From positions 12,957 to 76,956 of the forward strand of contig JAMCPL010000006.1 of NCBI GenBank assembly GCA_023379675.1: a stretch of 64,000 nt of DNA, in the 5' to 3' direction. Shown in pieces: positions 1 through 10,922 of the stretch. The notes under the pieces were generated by a model that saw only the letters and a program-made list of their open reading frames with translations, was not told where the DNA came from and made no database searches. Numbering within the stretch: the stretch's first letter is position 1; the number at the start of each line of letters is the position of its first letter. Made by a program: the position numbers and the translations under genes. The DNA comes from Actinomycetota bacterium (GTDB lineage: Bacteria; Actinomycetota; Acidimicrobiia; Acidimicrobiales; JAMCPL01).

Positions 1-1185
1 GCGGGAGCGATGGCCGCCGGTATGAATGTTGTGGACATAGGCATGGCTTCCACTGACATGCTTTATTTTGTTTCTGGGCATCTCGACATGCCTGCAGCCA
101 TGTTTACCGCATCTCATAATCCCGCTGCCTACAATGGGATAAAGTTGTGCTACCGGGGTGCGAGGCCGGTCGGGCAGGAAACAGGGCTGGCGCTGGTCAA
201 AGAGATGGCGCAAGAGGCGCTGGCACACGGGTCGGACGGTGGCGAGGGGACGGCGGACACGCATCTGGAAAGAATCGACATGATGGCGGAATATGTCGAT
301 CATGTACTGTCGTTTGTAGATGTAGGTACGCTGCGAGAGCTTGTGGTGGTAGTGGATGTTGCAAATGGAATGGGGGGCATGGTGGTCCCGGAGGTGTTCT
401 CCAAGCTTCCCTTGAAGCTGCACATGCTCTATCCGGAGTTGGATGGCAGCTTTCCCAATCATCCGGCGGATCCCATCCAGGAGGAGAATCTGGCTGATCT
501 CAAAAGGGCGGTGCTCGATATGAATGCCGACATCGGTCTGGCTTTTGACGGTGATGCCGATAGGGTATTCCTGGTGGACGAGAAGGCGCAGCCTGTATCA
601 GGCTCCGTCACTACGGCGCTTGTGGCAACCCGTATGCTTTCGAAGTTTCCCGGATCCACGATCCTCTACAACATCATCTGTTCAAAAGCGGTTCCCGAAA
701 CGATTACTGCTATGGGTGGCATGCCTGTACGCACCAGGGTAGGCCATTCGTTCATCAAGAAAGTGATGGCTGAGACAGGGGCGGTCTTTGGCGGCGAGCA
801 TTCCGGTCATTACTACTTTCGTGACAACTACAGGGCCGATTCAGGATTGATTGCCGCTCTGGTCATCTTGGAACTCATGTCGGCGTCGTCCTCATCACTT
901 TCAGAGTTGCTGGAGCCTTTCAGACGATACAAGTCGTCAGGCGAGATCAATACAAAGGTGGACAATCCTGCCGGAGTGGTGGCTGCCGTTGCCGCTAGGC
1001 TCTCAGATTCAGGTGTACAGTGCGATCTGACAGATGGGCTTACAGTGGATTACGGTGGGTGGTGGTTCAATCTGAGACCGTCCAATACTGAGCCGTTGCT
1101 CAGGCTCAATGTGGAAACGTCAGGTGAGCTGGAAATCGACACCTGCGTCGATACGGTAAAGCATCTGATCGAGGAGGTCAGCTAA
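1..1185 (+). CDS. phosphomannomutase/phosphoglucomutase (alpha-D-phosphohexomutase), 5' end cut by window edge
   Basis: The frame is open from nt 1. Motifs seen: active-site phosphoserine loop TASHNPAAYNGIK, metal loop FDGDADR and sugar loop GEHSGHYYF. About 60 N-terminal residues appear to be missing. Confidence 0.9.
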   Translation, partial: AGAMAAGMNVVDIGMASTDMLYFVSGHLDMPAAMFTASHNPAAYNGIKLCYRGARPVGQETGLALVKEMAQEALAHGSDGGEGTADTHLERIDMMAEYVDHVLSFVDVGTLRELVVVVDVANGMGGMVVPEVFSKLPLKLHMLYPELDGSFPNHPADPIQEENLADLKRAVLDMNADIGLAFDGDADRVFLVDEKAQPVSGSVTTALVATRMLSKFPGSTILYNIICSKAVPETITAMGGMPVRTRVGHSFIKKVMAETGAVFGGEHSGHYYFRDNYRADSGLIAALVILELMSASSSSLSELLEPFRRYKSSGEINTKVDNPAGVVAAVAARLSDSGVQCDLTDGLTVDYGGWWFNLRPSNTEPLLRLNVETSGELEIDTCVDTVKHLIEEVS

Positions 1186-1190
1186 GGATC

Positions 1191-1433
1191 ATGGCTTTGG
1201 ACAAGCTTTTAGTGGAAGTGCTCGCTTGCCCGCAGGACAAGGGTTCGCTCCTGTATTTCGAGAGCGAGGATATATTGTACAACCCGCGCCGCAAGCGAGT
1301 GTACGAGATCCGCGATGGCATACCAGTTATGCTGGTAGACGAATCACGTCAGGTGGATGACGGAGAGCATGATCGCCTCATGGCCAAGGCTGCCGGTGGT
1401 GAAGCGGTGGAGACCCTTGCTGGTGCCGGCTGA
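1191..1433 (+). CDS. Trm112/UPF0434 family small zinc-ribbon-like protein
   Basis: 80 aa with LLxVLACPxxKG ... IRDGIPVMLVDE, the typical Trm112p-like signature. It starts 6 nt after the upstream stop. Confidence 0.7.
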   Translation: MALDKLLVEVLACPQDKGSLLYFESEDILYNPRRKRVYEIRDGIPVMLVDESRQVDDGEHDRLMAKAAGGEAVETLAGAG

Positions 1434-1462
1434 ACCGGTTGTATGCCTTGGCATGAGCATGA

Positions 1463-2515
1463 TTGAGTATGATTGACTCTCTGGGTATGAGCGGTGTGGC
1501 CTTGCGGCTGCCCGAGCAGATGGCGGCAGCTCTCAATGGTACGTTGTCCGCGGACTTTGACATACTTCCTCGTGTTCCGGGCATATCAAATGTTTGCGTG
1601 GCCGGAATGGGCGGTAGCGGGATAGCCGGGGATCTTCTTGGCTCCCTCGTTGCAGATGAGTGCCCAGTTCCTGTCTCGGTGATCAAGTCGTATAGGCTGC
1701 CTCGATATGTGGATGAGTATACTTTTCTGATGGTGGTGTCGTTCTCGGGTAATACGGAAGAGACCTTGGAGGTGATGCATGCAGGCCATGAGGCAGGAGC
1801 TAAGATGCTGGCTGTTTCCACAGGAGGCATGGTCTCCAAGCTGGCCTTGCAGTGGGGTGTCCCGTGGGTGGAGGTGGACTCCGATATACCTCAGCCCAGA
1901 GCGGCGATAGGGGCCCTGTCCGTCCCACTGGTTGTGGCGCTGGAGCGCGTCGGGATCGTTCAAGGCGCTGTAGACAAGTTGCGGGGTGCCATTGCTCATC
2001 TGGAGCGCAGGCGGGAGCAGTTTCTTTCCGATCCTGCGCCTGTAGAGGCCATTGCAGGAAAACTTCTGGGGCACATACCGCTTATCTGGGGTTCCGACGG
2101 GTTAGCTTCTGCCGCAGCCGTCCGGTTGCGGTCGCAGCTGAACGAGAATGCCAAGGTAATGGCTATTTCCTCGGTTGTCCCGGAGCTATGTCACAACGAA
2201 CTTGCTGGATGGGGTCAGCTTGGTGACATAACTCGCCAGCTTGTCACCGTGGTCGCGCTCAGGCATGCAGGTGAACATGAGCAGGTGAAGAGGCGATTCG
2301 AGTTTCTGAGGGATGTCGTTTCGGAGTCGGTGAGTGATATTGTGGAGTTGTGGGCAGGAGGAGACACAGACGTGTCCAGGCTGTTCGATCTGATCTTTGC
2401 CGGTGATATGGTTTCACTGGCAGTGGCTCGTTTGGAGCAGATCGATCCAGGGCCTGTCCCTATCCTTGACCAGATGAAGGCGTTTACCCAGGCGTCGCCG
2501 GATAGGCTGTCCTGA
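1463..2515 (+). CDS. SIS-domain bifunctional phosphoglucose/phosphomannose isomerase
   Basis: 350 aa with a SIS-type GMGGSGIAGD nucleotide/sugar-phosphate loop. It sits between the phosphohexomutase gene and ahcY, as in other actinobacteria. Confidence 0.7.
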   Translation: MSMIDSLGMSGVALRLPEQMAAALNGTLSADFDILPRVPGISNVCVAGMGGSGIAGDLLGSLVADECPVPVSVIKSYRLPRYVDEYTFLMVVSFSGNTEETLEVMHAGHEAGAKMLAVSTGGMVSKLALQWGVPWVEVDSDIPQPRAAIGALSVPLVVALERVGIVQGAVDKLRGAIAHLERRREQFLSDPAPVEAIAGKLLGHIPLIWGSDGLASAAAVRLRSQLNENAKVMAISSVVPELCHNELAGWGQLGDITRQLVTVVALRHAGEHEQVKRRFEFLRDVVSESVSDIVELWAGGDTDVSRLFDLIFAGDMVSLAVARLEQIDPGPVPILDQMKAFTQASPDRLS

Positions 2516-2550
2516 CGGAAGTGTCGGAAGTGTCGGAAGTGTCGGTTGTG
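2516..2550. repeat. 9-bp tandem repeat (CGGAAGTGT x3 plus a degenerate fourth copy)
   Basis: Read directly: cggaagtgt cggaagtgt cggaagtgt cggttgtg, immediately after the isomerase stop codon. Confidence 0.85.
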
Positions 2551-2608
2551 CATGTGGTGCCCCTACCGGCTTGGGCTCTGTGTGTATTGAATTGAGAAGA
2601 TAAGGTAA

Positions 2609-3955
<1,347 letters not shown>

Positions 3956-4041
3956 AGGTGGTACATGTTGGTAGGTATGTTTTCCTGGTATTCTGGTCAT
4001 GCCCGTGAATCGATGATGGTTCGGTACTCCCTGGAGATCAT

Positions 4042-6942
4042 GTGATCAACGTACTGGATCGGGTCCTTCGGGCTGGTGAGGGCAAGAAGGTCAAGCGTCT
4101 TGCTGAGCTGGTCGGCTATGTCAACGAACTCGAGCCAGAGATGGAGGCGTTGTCCGATGAGGAATTGTCCGGGAAAACGGTGGAGTTTCGGGAGCGCCTA
4201 TCCAATGGTGAGTCGCTCGACGACCTTCTTATCGAGGCTTACGCGGTTGTTCGTGAGGCTGCATGGAGGGTGCTGGGCCAGCGTCACTTCGACGTCCAGA
4301 TCATGGGCGGGATGGCCCTTCATTTTGGCTGGATAGCCGAGATGAAGACTGGAGAGGGAAAGACACTCGCCTCCACTCCTCCGGCGTACCTGAACGCGCT
4401 GGCCGGCAAGGGTGTGCATGTGGTTACTGTTAATGACTACCTTGCCAGGCGTGACTCCGAGTGGATGGGTCAGCTCTATAATTTTCTCGGCTTGAGTGTA
4501 GGGAGGGTCTCTCCCGATGCACAGGATTTTGATGACAAGAAGTCCGCGTATGGGTGTGACATCACTTATGGTACCAATACCGAACTCGGGTTCGATTACT
4601 TGCGTGACAATATGGCCAGGTCGCGAGAGACCATGGTGCAGCGGGGCTTTGCTTATGCAATCGTCGACGAAGTGGATTCCATTCTCATTGACGAGGCTCG
4701 AACGCCGCTCATCATATCGGGACCCGCCATGGACTCCGCTCAGCTCTATTACCAGTTTGCGAACCTTGCCCGGACATTGAAAGCGGACATCGATTATGAA
4801 GTTGACGAGGAGAAGCGCATTGTCGTGCCGACGGAGTCGGGCATCGAGAAGGTCGAGAAACAGGTCGGACTCGACAACCTTTACGATTCCATCGCAGTCA
4901 ACTACGTGCATCATCTTACCCAGGCACTGCGCGCCAAGGAACTCTATCATAGGGATAAGGATTACCTTGTAGCGGATGGGGAGGTGAAGATCGTCGACGA
5001 GTTCACCGGCAGGGTACTCGAAGGGAGACGCTGGTCGGATGGGCTCCATCAGGCCGTGGAGGCAAAGGAACGGGTGAGGATCAAGGAGGAGAATCATACC
5101 TGGGCCACAGTCACCCTGCAGAACTACTTCCGTATGTACGAGAAACTTGCAGGGATGACCGGTACGGCATCGAGTGAGGCCGCGGAGTTTGCGAATACCT
5201 ACGGGATGCAGGTTGTATCCATCCCCACCAATGAGCCCATGGTACGGGTTGACCAGCCCGACATCATCTACAAGACCGAGGATGCCAAGTTTGCCGCCGT
5301 TGCCGACGACATAGCCATCCGGCACGAGAAGGGACAGCCCGTGCTGGTGGGCACCGCTTCGGTTGCCAAGTCCGAGAAGCTTGCGAGAGTGTTGGAAAGC
5401 CGCGGGATCCCCCACCAGGTACTCAACGCAAAGCATCATGCCAGAGAGGCGGACATAGTGGTGCAGGCCGGGCGTCTCGCAAGCGTGACCGTAGCGACCA
5501 ACATGGCCGGTCGTGGGGTCGACATCCTATTGGGCGGTAATCCCGAAGGACTGGCTGCCCGTGAGGTCGCGGCACGGGGGATAAGCGTCGACAGTGACGA
5601 GTACGGTGCACTTTATGATGAATATCTGAAGAAATACAAGCAGGCATGCACTGCCGAGGGCGACATCGTACGCCAGGCCGGCGGGTTGTACGTGCTTGGC
5701 AGTGAGCGCCATGAGAGCCGCAGGATCGACGATCAGTTGCGTGGACGATCCGGCCGGCAAGGTGATCCGGGAGAGAGCCGTTTCTACTTGTCGCTCGAGG
5801 ACGATCTGATGCGACTTTTTGCCACTGGAGCCATGCAGTGGGTGATGGAACGTGCGTTGCCGGAGGATGTGCCTATAGAGGCGAGGATGGTGACGAAAGC
5901 CATAGAGAAGGCACAGCGTAACGTAGAGCAGCGCAATGCCGAGATCCGCAAGGATGTACTCAAATACGACGAGGTGCTGAACGAGCAACGCAAAGTGATA
6001 TATGCCAGGCGTATACAGGTGATCGACAACGAAGATCTGAAGGAGTTCACCAGGGGCCTGCTGGAGGATACCGTCCTGGCCCTTGTGGAGAGGTACTGCC
6101 CGGGGGATTTCCAGGAGGAATGGGACACAGAGGGTCTGGTAGCCGAACTCGGCCAGTACTATCCTACGGAGTTCCATCCCGACGATCTGGCCGCCGCCAG
6201 GCATAGTACGCACTTGGCCGAAAGTCTTGTAGCTGAAGCTCTCCAGTATTACGAATCGCGTGACAATATATTTCCAGGTGGCGCTGATGATTCAAGGTCT
6301 GTGGAGCGGGAAGTCATGCTGCAGATGATCGACCAGCACTGGAAAGATCATCTCATGGAGATGGATTACCTGAGAGAGGGGATCAATCTCCGAGCGATGG
6401 GGCAGTTGGACCCGCTGGTAGCCTGGCAGGCTGACGGCTACGAGATGTTCGGGCAGATGATGGACCGGATCAACGACGACTACCTGCGCTACGTGCTGCA
6501 CGTGGATGCCGTGGAAGGCATGGAGGAGGAGCCGGACCTGGCCCAGGTGAGCTACCAGGCGGCAGGCGGGCCGGCCCAGGAACTCGATTCGCTGTCACAA
6601 TCGCTCGCATACGTGAACCAGGGGATGCTTGCCGCGAATATCACTGCGCCTTTTGCAGGTGCATTGGACCAGCAGCCGGCTCGGGTGGGAGGAGACGTGG
6701 AGGGAGGCCTATGGGTGGATGGTGGGGCAGGGACGGGGTTGACCCGCGGTGTAGTTGCCGGCGGTGGGGGAATGCCGGGAGGTGCTCATGGCAGGACGGA
6801 CGGATCCGGTGAAGGCAGTCCTTCCGGCAGAGATGGCAGGGGAGGCGGTGGCGGGAAGGATGCTAAGACCAAGCTGGGCCGGAACGACCCCTGCTGGTGC
6901 GGGAGCAACAAGAAGTACAAGTTCTGCCACGGGGCCGGATGA
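4042..6942 (+). CDS. secA: preprotein translocase ATPase SecA
   Basis: 966 aa from a GTG start. Walker A MKTGEGKT, DEAD-like DEVDSILIDEARTPLIISG, and a C-terminal zinc motif CWCGSNKKYKFCHG. Confidence 0.95.
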   Translation: MINVLDRVLRAGEGKKVKRLAELVGYVNELEPEMEALSDEELSGKTVEFRERLSNGESLDDLLIEAYAVVREAAWRVLGQRHFDVQIMGGMALHFGWIAEMKTGEGKTLASTPPAYLNALAGKGVHVVTVNDYLARRDSEWMGQLYNFLGLSVGRVSPDAQDFDDKKSAYGCDITYGTNTELGFDYLRDNMARSRETMVQRGFAYAIVDEVDSILIDEARTPLIISGPAMDSAQLYYQFANLARTLKADIDYEVDEEKRIVVPTESGIEKVEKQVGLDNLYDSIAVNYVHHLTQALRAKELYHRDKDYLVADGEVKIVDEFTGRVLEGRRWSDGLHQAVEAKERVRIKEENHTWATVTLQNYFRMYEKLAGMTGTASSEAAEFANTYGMQVVSIPTNEPMVRVDQPDIIYKTEDAKFAAVADDIAIRHEKGQPVLVGTASVAKSEKLARVLESRGIPHQVLNAKHHAREADIVVQAGRLASVTVATNMAGRGVDILLGGNPEGLAAREVAARGISVDSDEYGALYDEYLKKYKQACTAEGDIVRQAGGLYVLGSERHESRRIDDQLRGRSGRQGDPGESRFYLSLEDDLMRLFATGAMQWVMERALPEDVPIEARMVTKAIEKAQRNVEQRNAEIRKDVLKYDEVLNEQRKVIYARRIQVIDNEDLKEFTRGLLEDTVLALVERYCPGDFQEEWDTEGLVAELGQYYPTEFHPDDLAAARHSTHLAESLVAEALQYYESRDNIFPGGADDSRSVEREVMLQMIDQHWKDHLMEMDYLREGINLRAMGQLDPLVAWQADGYEMFGQMMDRINDDYLRYVLHVDAVEGMEEEPDLAQVSYQAAGGPAQELDSLSQSLAYVNQGMLAANITAPFAGALDQQPARVGGDVEGGLWVDGGAGTGLTRGVVAGGGGMPGGAHGRTDGSGEGSPSGRDGRGGGGGKDAKTKLGRNDPCWCGSNKKYKFCHGAG

Positions 6943-6972
6943 TGGCAGGTTGTGCGGCGGCAGGTTGCAACA

Positions 6973-8085
6973 ATGAATCCAGCTGAAGCGAGCGCAGCTC
7001 TTTCTAGCTTGGCGGCCAGGCTGGGTGAGGCTGAAGTATACATGGGTCTGGACAAGTTGCGTGCCCGGAAGGAAGAGCTGGACAGGGCGGTATGCGATGC
7101 CCACCTGTGGGATGACCCCGATCATGCAAAAATGGTCACCAGCGACCTCGCCGGAGTGGAGGACGATATAGCGATCCTGGATGATCTACGCAGGAGGCTG
7201 GATGACTCGGAGACATTACTTGCACTGGTCCGGGAAGCTGGTGACGATTGGATGGATCCGGAATTGCCTGCCGCGTGTGAGGACCTCGATCGTCGGTTGG
7301 CCGAGTTGGAGATACGCTCCCTGCTCTCGGGTGAGCACGATGCACTGGATGCTGTCGTAGAGCTTCATGCTGGGGCGGGCGGAACAGATGCTCAGGACTG
7401 GTGCGAGATACTCATGAGAATATATATCCGGTGGGCTGAACGTAACGGTTTCGGGGTGGAGGTGGACGAGGTGACCGAGGGGCAGGAGGCCGGGCTTCTC
7501 TCGGCCACTTTCATCATAAAGGGACGCTATGCATACGGGATGCTCTCTGCAGAGAGGGGCGTGCACAGGCTGGTTAGGATCTCTCCATTCGATTCGCAGC
7601 ACCGGAGGCACACCAGCTTTGCTTCCCTCGACGTAGTGCCTTTCCTGGAGGACATCCCGGAGGTGGAAATTGACGAGAAAGAGTTGCGGGTGGATACATA
7701 CCGATCGGCCGGCGCAGGCGGGCAGCATGTCAACAAGACGGATTCCGCTGTCAGGCTGACTCACCTGCCCACTGGCCTGGTTGTGACCTGCCAGAACCAG
7801 CGCAGCCAGCATCAGAACAAGGCGCGTGCCCTGCAGATCCTCGCAGCCCGGTTGGCAGAACGCATCCGTGAACAACGCCGCCGGGAGATGGATTCTCTGG
7901 CCGGTCCGAAAGAGGAGGTTGCCTGGGGCAGCCAGATACGGTCGTATACGCTGGCTCCATTCCAGCTTGTCAAGGATCACCGGACACAGGAGGAGACCGG
8001 CAATGTCGAAGCTGTTCTGGATGGGGACATATCCAGGTTCATAGAGGCCGAGTTGAGGCGCCGGCGATCTACCGCATCCGCTTGA
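6973..8085 (+). CDS. prfB: peptide chain release factor 2 (single uninterrupted frame)
   Basis: SPF tripeptide (RISPFDS) and GGQHVNKTDSAVR catalytic loop. An alternative GTG start lies at 6952. Confidence 0.9.
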   Translation: MNPAEASAALSSLAARLGEAEVYMGLDKLRARKEELDRAVCDAHLWDDPDHAKMVTSDLAGVEDDIAILDDLRRRLDDSETLLALVREAGDDWMDPELPAACEDLDRRLAELEIRSLLSGEHDALDAVVELHAGAGGTDAQDWCEILMRIYIRWAERNGFGVEVDEVTEGQEAGLLSATFIIKGRYAYGMLSAERGVHRLVRISPFDSQHRRHTSFASLDVVPFLEDIPEVEIDEKELRVDTYRSAGAGGQHVNKTDSAVRLTHLPTGLVVTCQNQRSQHQNKARALQILAARLAERIREQRRREMDSLAGPKEEVAWGSQIRSYTLAPFQLVKDHRTQEETGNVEAVLDGDISRFIEAELRRRRSTASA

Positions 8086-8448
8086 CCGGCTCAGTCGTTT
8101 CGCTAGCGGCGCTCGATTCCTGCTTGGCAGCTGGGTGCAGGTGCTTAGATGGTGATGCTGGGTTCAATCGCCTCACGAGCGGTGCCCAGTCCTCGCTGGT
8201 CGGCGCCATGGTGCTGCGACCCGCTGAGGGATTCCGGGTGAGGCATCCCGGAGATGAGTCCGAGGATGGAAATAATTATATGCCGCCTATCCATGCACTG
8301 CCGTTGCGGGGCTGGTATACTTTCAACCGTTGCCCGGATGTAGCCTTAACCAGCTGGTGGATGGCTAGCGTCAGGGCTGACGTGAGAGCTATGCAATCAT
8401 TGGAGCCGATGGGGCTGCCAATGGCATGGCGGTGTAAATAAATCAATT

Positions 8449-9198
8449 ATGATTACCCTCGAAAACGTTACAAAGGTTTACAAGACCGGCACGGTAGCAG
8501 TAAAGGATCTCACCTTTGAAATCACAAAAGGCGAGTTTGTATTTATTGTGGGTGCTTCCGGTGCGGGCAAGAGCACCTTGATGTCGTTGATACTGCGGGA
8601 AGAGTTGCCAGATAAGGGGAGGATCTGGGTCGCAGGCAGGGATCTCGCCCGGTTGCCACATTGGCGGGTGCCATACTTGCGCCGCAACATAGGCTGCGTG
8701 TTCCAGGACTTCAGGTTGCTGTCCAATAAGACCGTCTTCGAGAATGTGGCCTTTGCGCTTCAGGTTATAGGCAGGCCGCGCCATCAGATCGAGAGGCAGG
8801 TACCCCAGGTACTAGAGCTGGTAGGCCTCGGGAACAAGATGCGGGATCTACCCGAAGAGCTGTCAGGCGGGGAACAGCAGCGGGTGGCGATCGCCCGGGC
8901 GTTCGTGAACAGGCCACTCATTTTGATTGCCGACGAGCCGACGGGCAACCTGGATCCCACTACCAGTAAAGGCATCGTGCAGTTGCTGGACCGGGTCAAC
9001 AAGACCGGCACCACCGTAGTGGTGGCAACTCATGACGCGAGCATAGTGAATACCATGAGGAAGAGGGTTCTGGAGCTCGATAATGGCGAGGTGGTGCGTG
9101 ATCAGTCGAGAGGAGTCTACGATGTAGAGCTCGATGATTCCTCAGCGCAACCGGTGGGCGCCCGGTCGAAGGGTAGGCGAGGGACGGTACTCCGTTGA
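8449..9198 (+). CDS. ftsE: cell-division ABC ATPase FtsE
   Basis: Walker [13 protein letters not shown] signature LSGGEQQR and Walker [13 protein letters not shown]. Followed by ftsX. Confidence 0.9.
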   Translation: MITLENVTKVYKTGTVAVKDLTFEITKGEFVFIVGASGAGKSTLMSLILREELPDKGRIWVAGRDLARLPHWRVPYLRRNIGCVFQDFRLLSNKTVFENVAFALQVIGRPRHQIERQVPQVLELVGLGNKMRDLPEELSGGEQQRVAIARAFVNRPLILIADEPTGNLDPTTSKGIVQLLDRVNKTGTTVVVATHDASIVNTMRKRVLELDNGEVVRDQSRGVYDVELDDSSAQPVGARSKGRRGTVLR

Positions 9199-9270
9199 GG
9201 CCGCACAGAACTGGGAATGCCAGCGCTACCCGATGTCGAATGGTAGGCGAGGGACGGTACTCCGTTGAGG
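9165..9270. repeat. direct duplication of the ftsE 3' end (36 bp, 1 mismatch, period 70 bp)
   Basis: gtcgaaNggtaggcgagggacggtactccgttgagg occurs at 9165-9200, spanning the ftsE stop codon, and again at 9235-9270. Confidence 0.85.
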
Positions 9271-9414
9271 CGCCATGCCGCATCAGATGAGGTTGCGAAG
9301 GATGCCCGCGCCGGTGGAGGCATCGATGGCGTACGGGATGTTGCCGAGGATTAGCGCCAGGCCGGTGCGCAGCATGATTGGAAGGGAAGGGAGCGTAGCT
9401 GTCAGGAGGAGTAT

Positions 9415-10305
9415 GTGGCTGTACCTATGAACTTTGTGGCACGGGAAGCGGGCAGCAACCTCTGGCGGAATCGCTTGATGACTGTGGCTGCGATATTGAC
9501 CGTGGCCGTTTCACTTTCGCTGGTAGGGGCGGCGCTCTTCCTGCGCCAGGGTGTATCGAACGCCACTACCGAGTGGCAGCATGGAGTCAGCGTGATTGTA
9601 TGGTTCCATCCGAGTTCCTCAATTACGGAGCAGCGTGCGGTCGGTGACGAGCTTGCCCAGCTCTCTTATGTGAAGTCGTGCGCCTACAGGACCCAGACCG
9701 ATAACTACAACCAGGGTAAGAAGTACCTGAACGGCTTGCTGGGGTCAGCCAGCAGTGCAGTCACGCCGGCTGTCACGCCGGCATCAGATAATTGTGTCCT
9801 GAAAAATCCGGATGAAGCTGGAGCCATCGCAGCCGCTTTCCGCAACCAGCCGGGCGTTCGCAATGTCAGCTATCCCAGCCAGGCCATACACAACATGGAG
9901 AATGTTACCCGTACTGTCCAGCTTGCCTTCCTTATAGTTGCGCTTGTCCTGCTGGCCTCTGCGTCGGCGCTTATCGTCAATACGATAAGGCTGGCCATCT
10001 TCTCGCGCCGCAAGGAGGTGTCGGTGATGAAGCTCGTAGGAGCCACCAACTGGTTCATCCGGATACCTTTTATGCTGGAGGGCCTAGTGCAAGGGGTAGC
10101 GGGAGCGGTAGTGGCGGGCTTGGTCGTGTTGGGACTCGACTGGAGGCTGAACGCCGCCAGTGCCGGGCACTTCACAAGCACCCTTTACAAGATGAGGCTG
10201 ACGGGGGGAGAGGTGGTCTTGATAATCGTCGCCGTCGGTATCGTCGGGCTGCTGGTCGGGACATTGGGGTCTGCATTTGCAATAAGGCGATTCCTGGATA
10301 CCTGA
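9415..10305 (+). CDS. ftsX: cell-division permease-like protein FtsX
   Basis: 296 aa from a GTG start preceded by AGGAGGA. One N-terminal TM segment, an extracytoplasmic domain and three C-terminal TM segments, the typical FtsX topology. Confidence 0.85.
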   Translation: MAVPMNFVAREAGSNLWRNRLMTVAAILTVAVSLSLVGAALFLRQGVSNATTEWQHGVSVIVWFHPSSSITEQRAVGDELAQLSYVKSCAYRTQTDNYNQGKKYLNGLLGSASSAVTPAVTPASDNCVLKNPDEAGAIAAAFRNQPGVRNVSYPSQAIHNMENVTRTVQLAFLIVALVLLASASALIVNTIRLAIFSRRKEVSVMKLVGATNWFIRIPFMLEGLVQGVAGAVVAGLVVLGLDWRLNAASAGHFTSTLYKMRLTGGEVVLIIVAVGIVGLLVGTLGSAFAIRRFLDT

Positions 10306-10606
10306 AGTTGCTGTATGCAGTTGACCAGTTTGCACCGGCAATCCACGAAACATCCTCGAAACATTCTCTTCATGTGAAGGTAACCTGACGGCAATTCCTA
10401 GATGCATATCCGCTGGACCTCTTGCTGTCCGGTTGTGCATGATGGAGCAATCTGCCGGCTGTGCCGTACGCTTGAAAAGTCTTGTGACGATAGCTACAAG
10501 GTCGTTATCCGTTCCAGAGAGGTTCAGCCTGCTTTGAGTTGACAGTTACCTGAGGGCCACCCAGTGGCCATGAGCACGCAGTGCGTGCGTGGCGAGGCAT
10601 CTCGTG

Positions 10607-10825
10607 CTATGTACTCGTCGGAGAGCTCGGTTTGACTTTGTGCAGGTGCGAGATGAAATGGGAGATCGCCGCTCCATGCGTTACCAGCACCACTATGACC
10701 ATGATGATGATTGCCACTAGGATGATCAGCGCCATGCAGCCGCCGGCCAGAGCCCTACGCTGTTGCACTCGCTCCTCGTGTCTGAAAATTGCACGCATAA
10801 GACCCATGATTAGATGATAGTGCAA
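10607..10825 (-). CDS. hypothetical small membrane protein
   Basis: 72-aa ORF with a single strongly hydrophobic segment (CMALIILVAIIIMVIVVLV). There is no recognisable family, and it is the only plausible ORF in a 617-nt gap. Confidence 0.3.
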   Translation of the reverse strand: MHYHLIMGLMRAIFRHEERVQQRRALAGGCMALIILVAIIIMVIVVLVTHGAAISHFISHLHKVKPSSPTST

Positions 10826-10922
10826 GCAGGAGCGTGGATGCCGGTGTATCGAGCTGGCAAAGCATTATCGACATGAGCGGAGATCACGTACCTGGCTAGG
10901 ATAAAGCAGTAGTATTGCTGAG

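Noticed and set aside
2516-2550. Short tandem repeat considered as a possible CRISPR-like or binding-site array
   Set aside because: The units are only 9 bp, directly abutting with no spacers, and there are only 3-4 copies. This is a microsatellite-type repeat, not a CRISPR array.
4198-5439. 413-aa ORF on the minus strand
   Set aside because: It is entirely antisense to the unambiguous secA gene, and its composition is typical of a GC-rich antisense frame with no recognisable motif.
6952-8085. Checked prfB for the programmed +1 frameshift site (CUU UGA C) common in bacterial RF2 genes
   Set aside because: The RF2 reading frame is continuous from the N-terminal region through the SPF and GGQ motifs, so no frameshift is needed here.
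8082-8441. 119-aa plus-strand ORF after prfB, and a 52-aa minus-strand ORF (MDRRHIIISILGLISG...)
   Set aside because: There is no Shine-Dalgarno sequence, no motif, and odd composition. The region more likely holds the ftsE promoter and 5' UTR (a TGgTATACT element lies at about 8313-8321).
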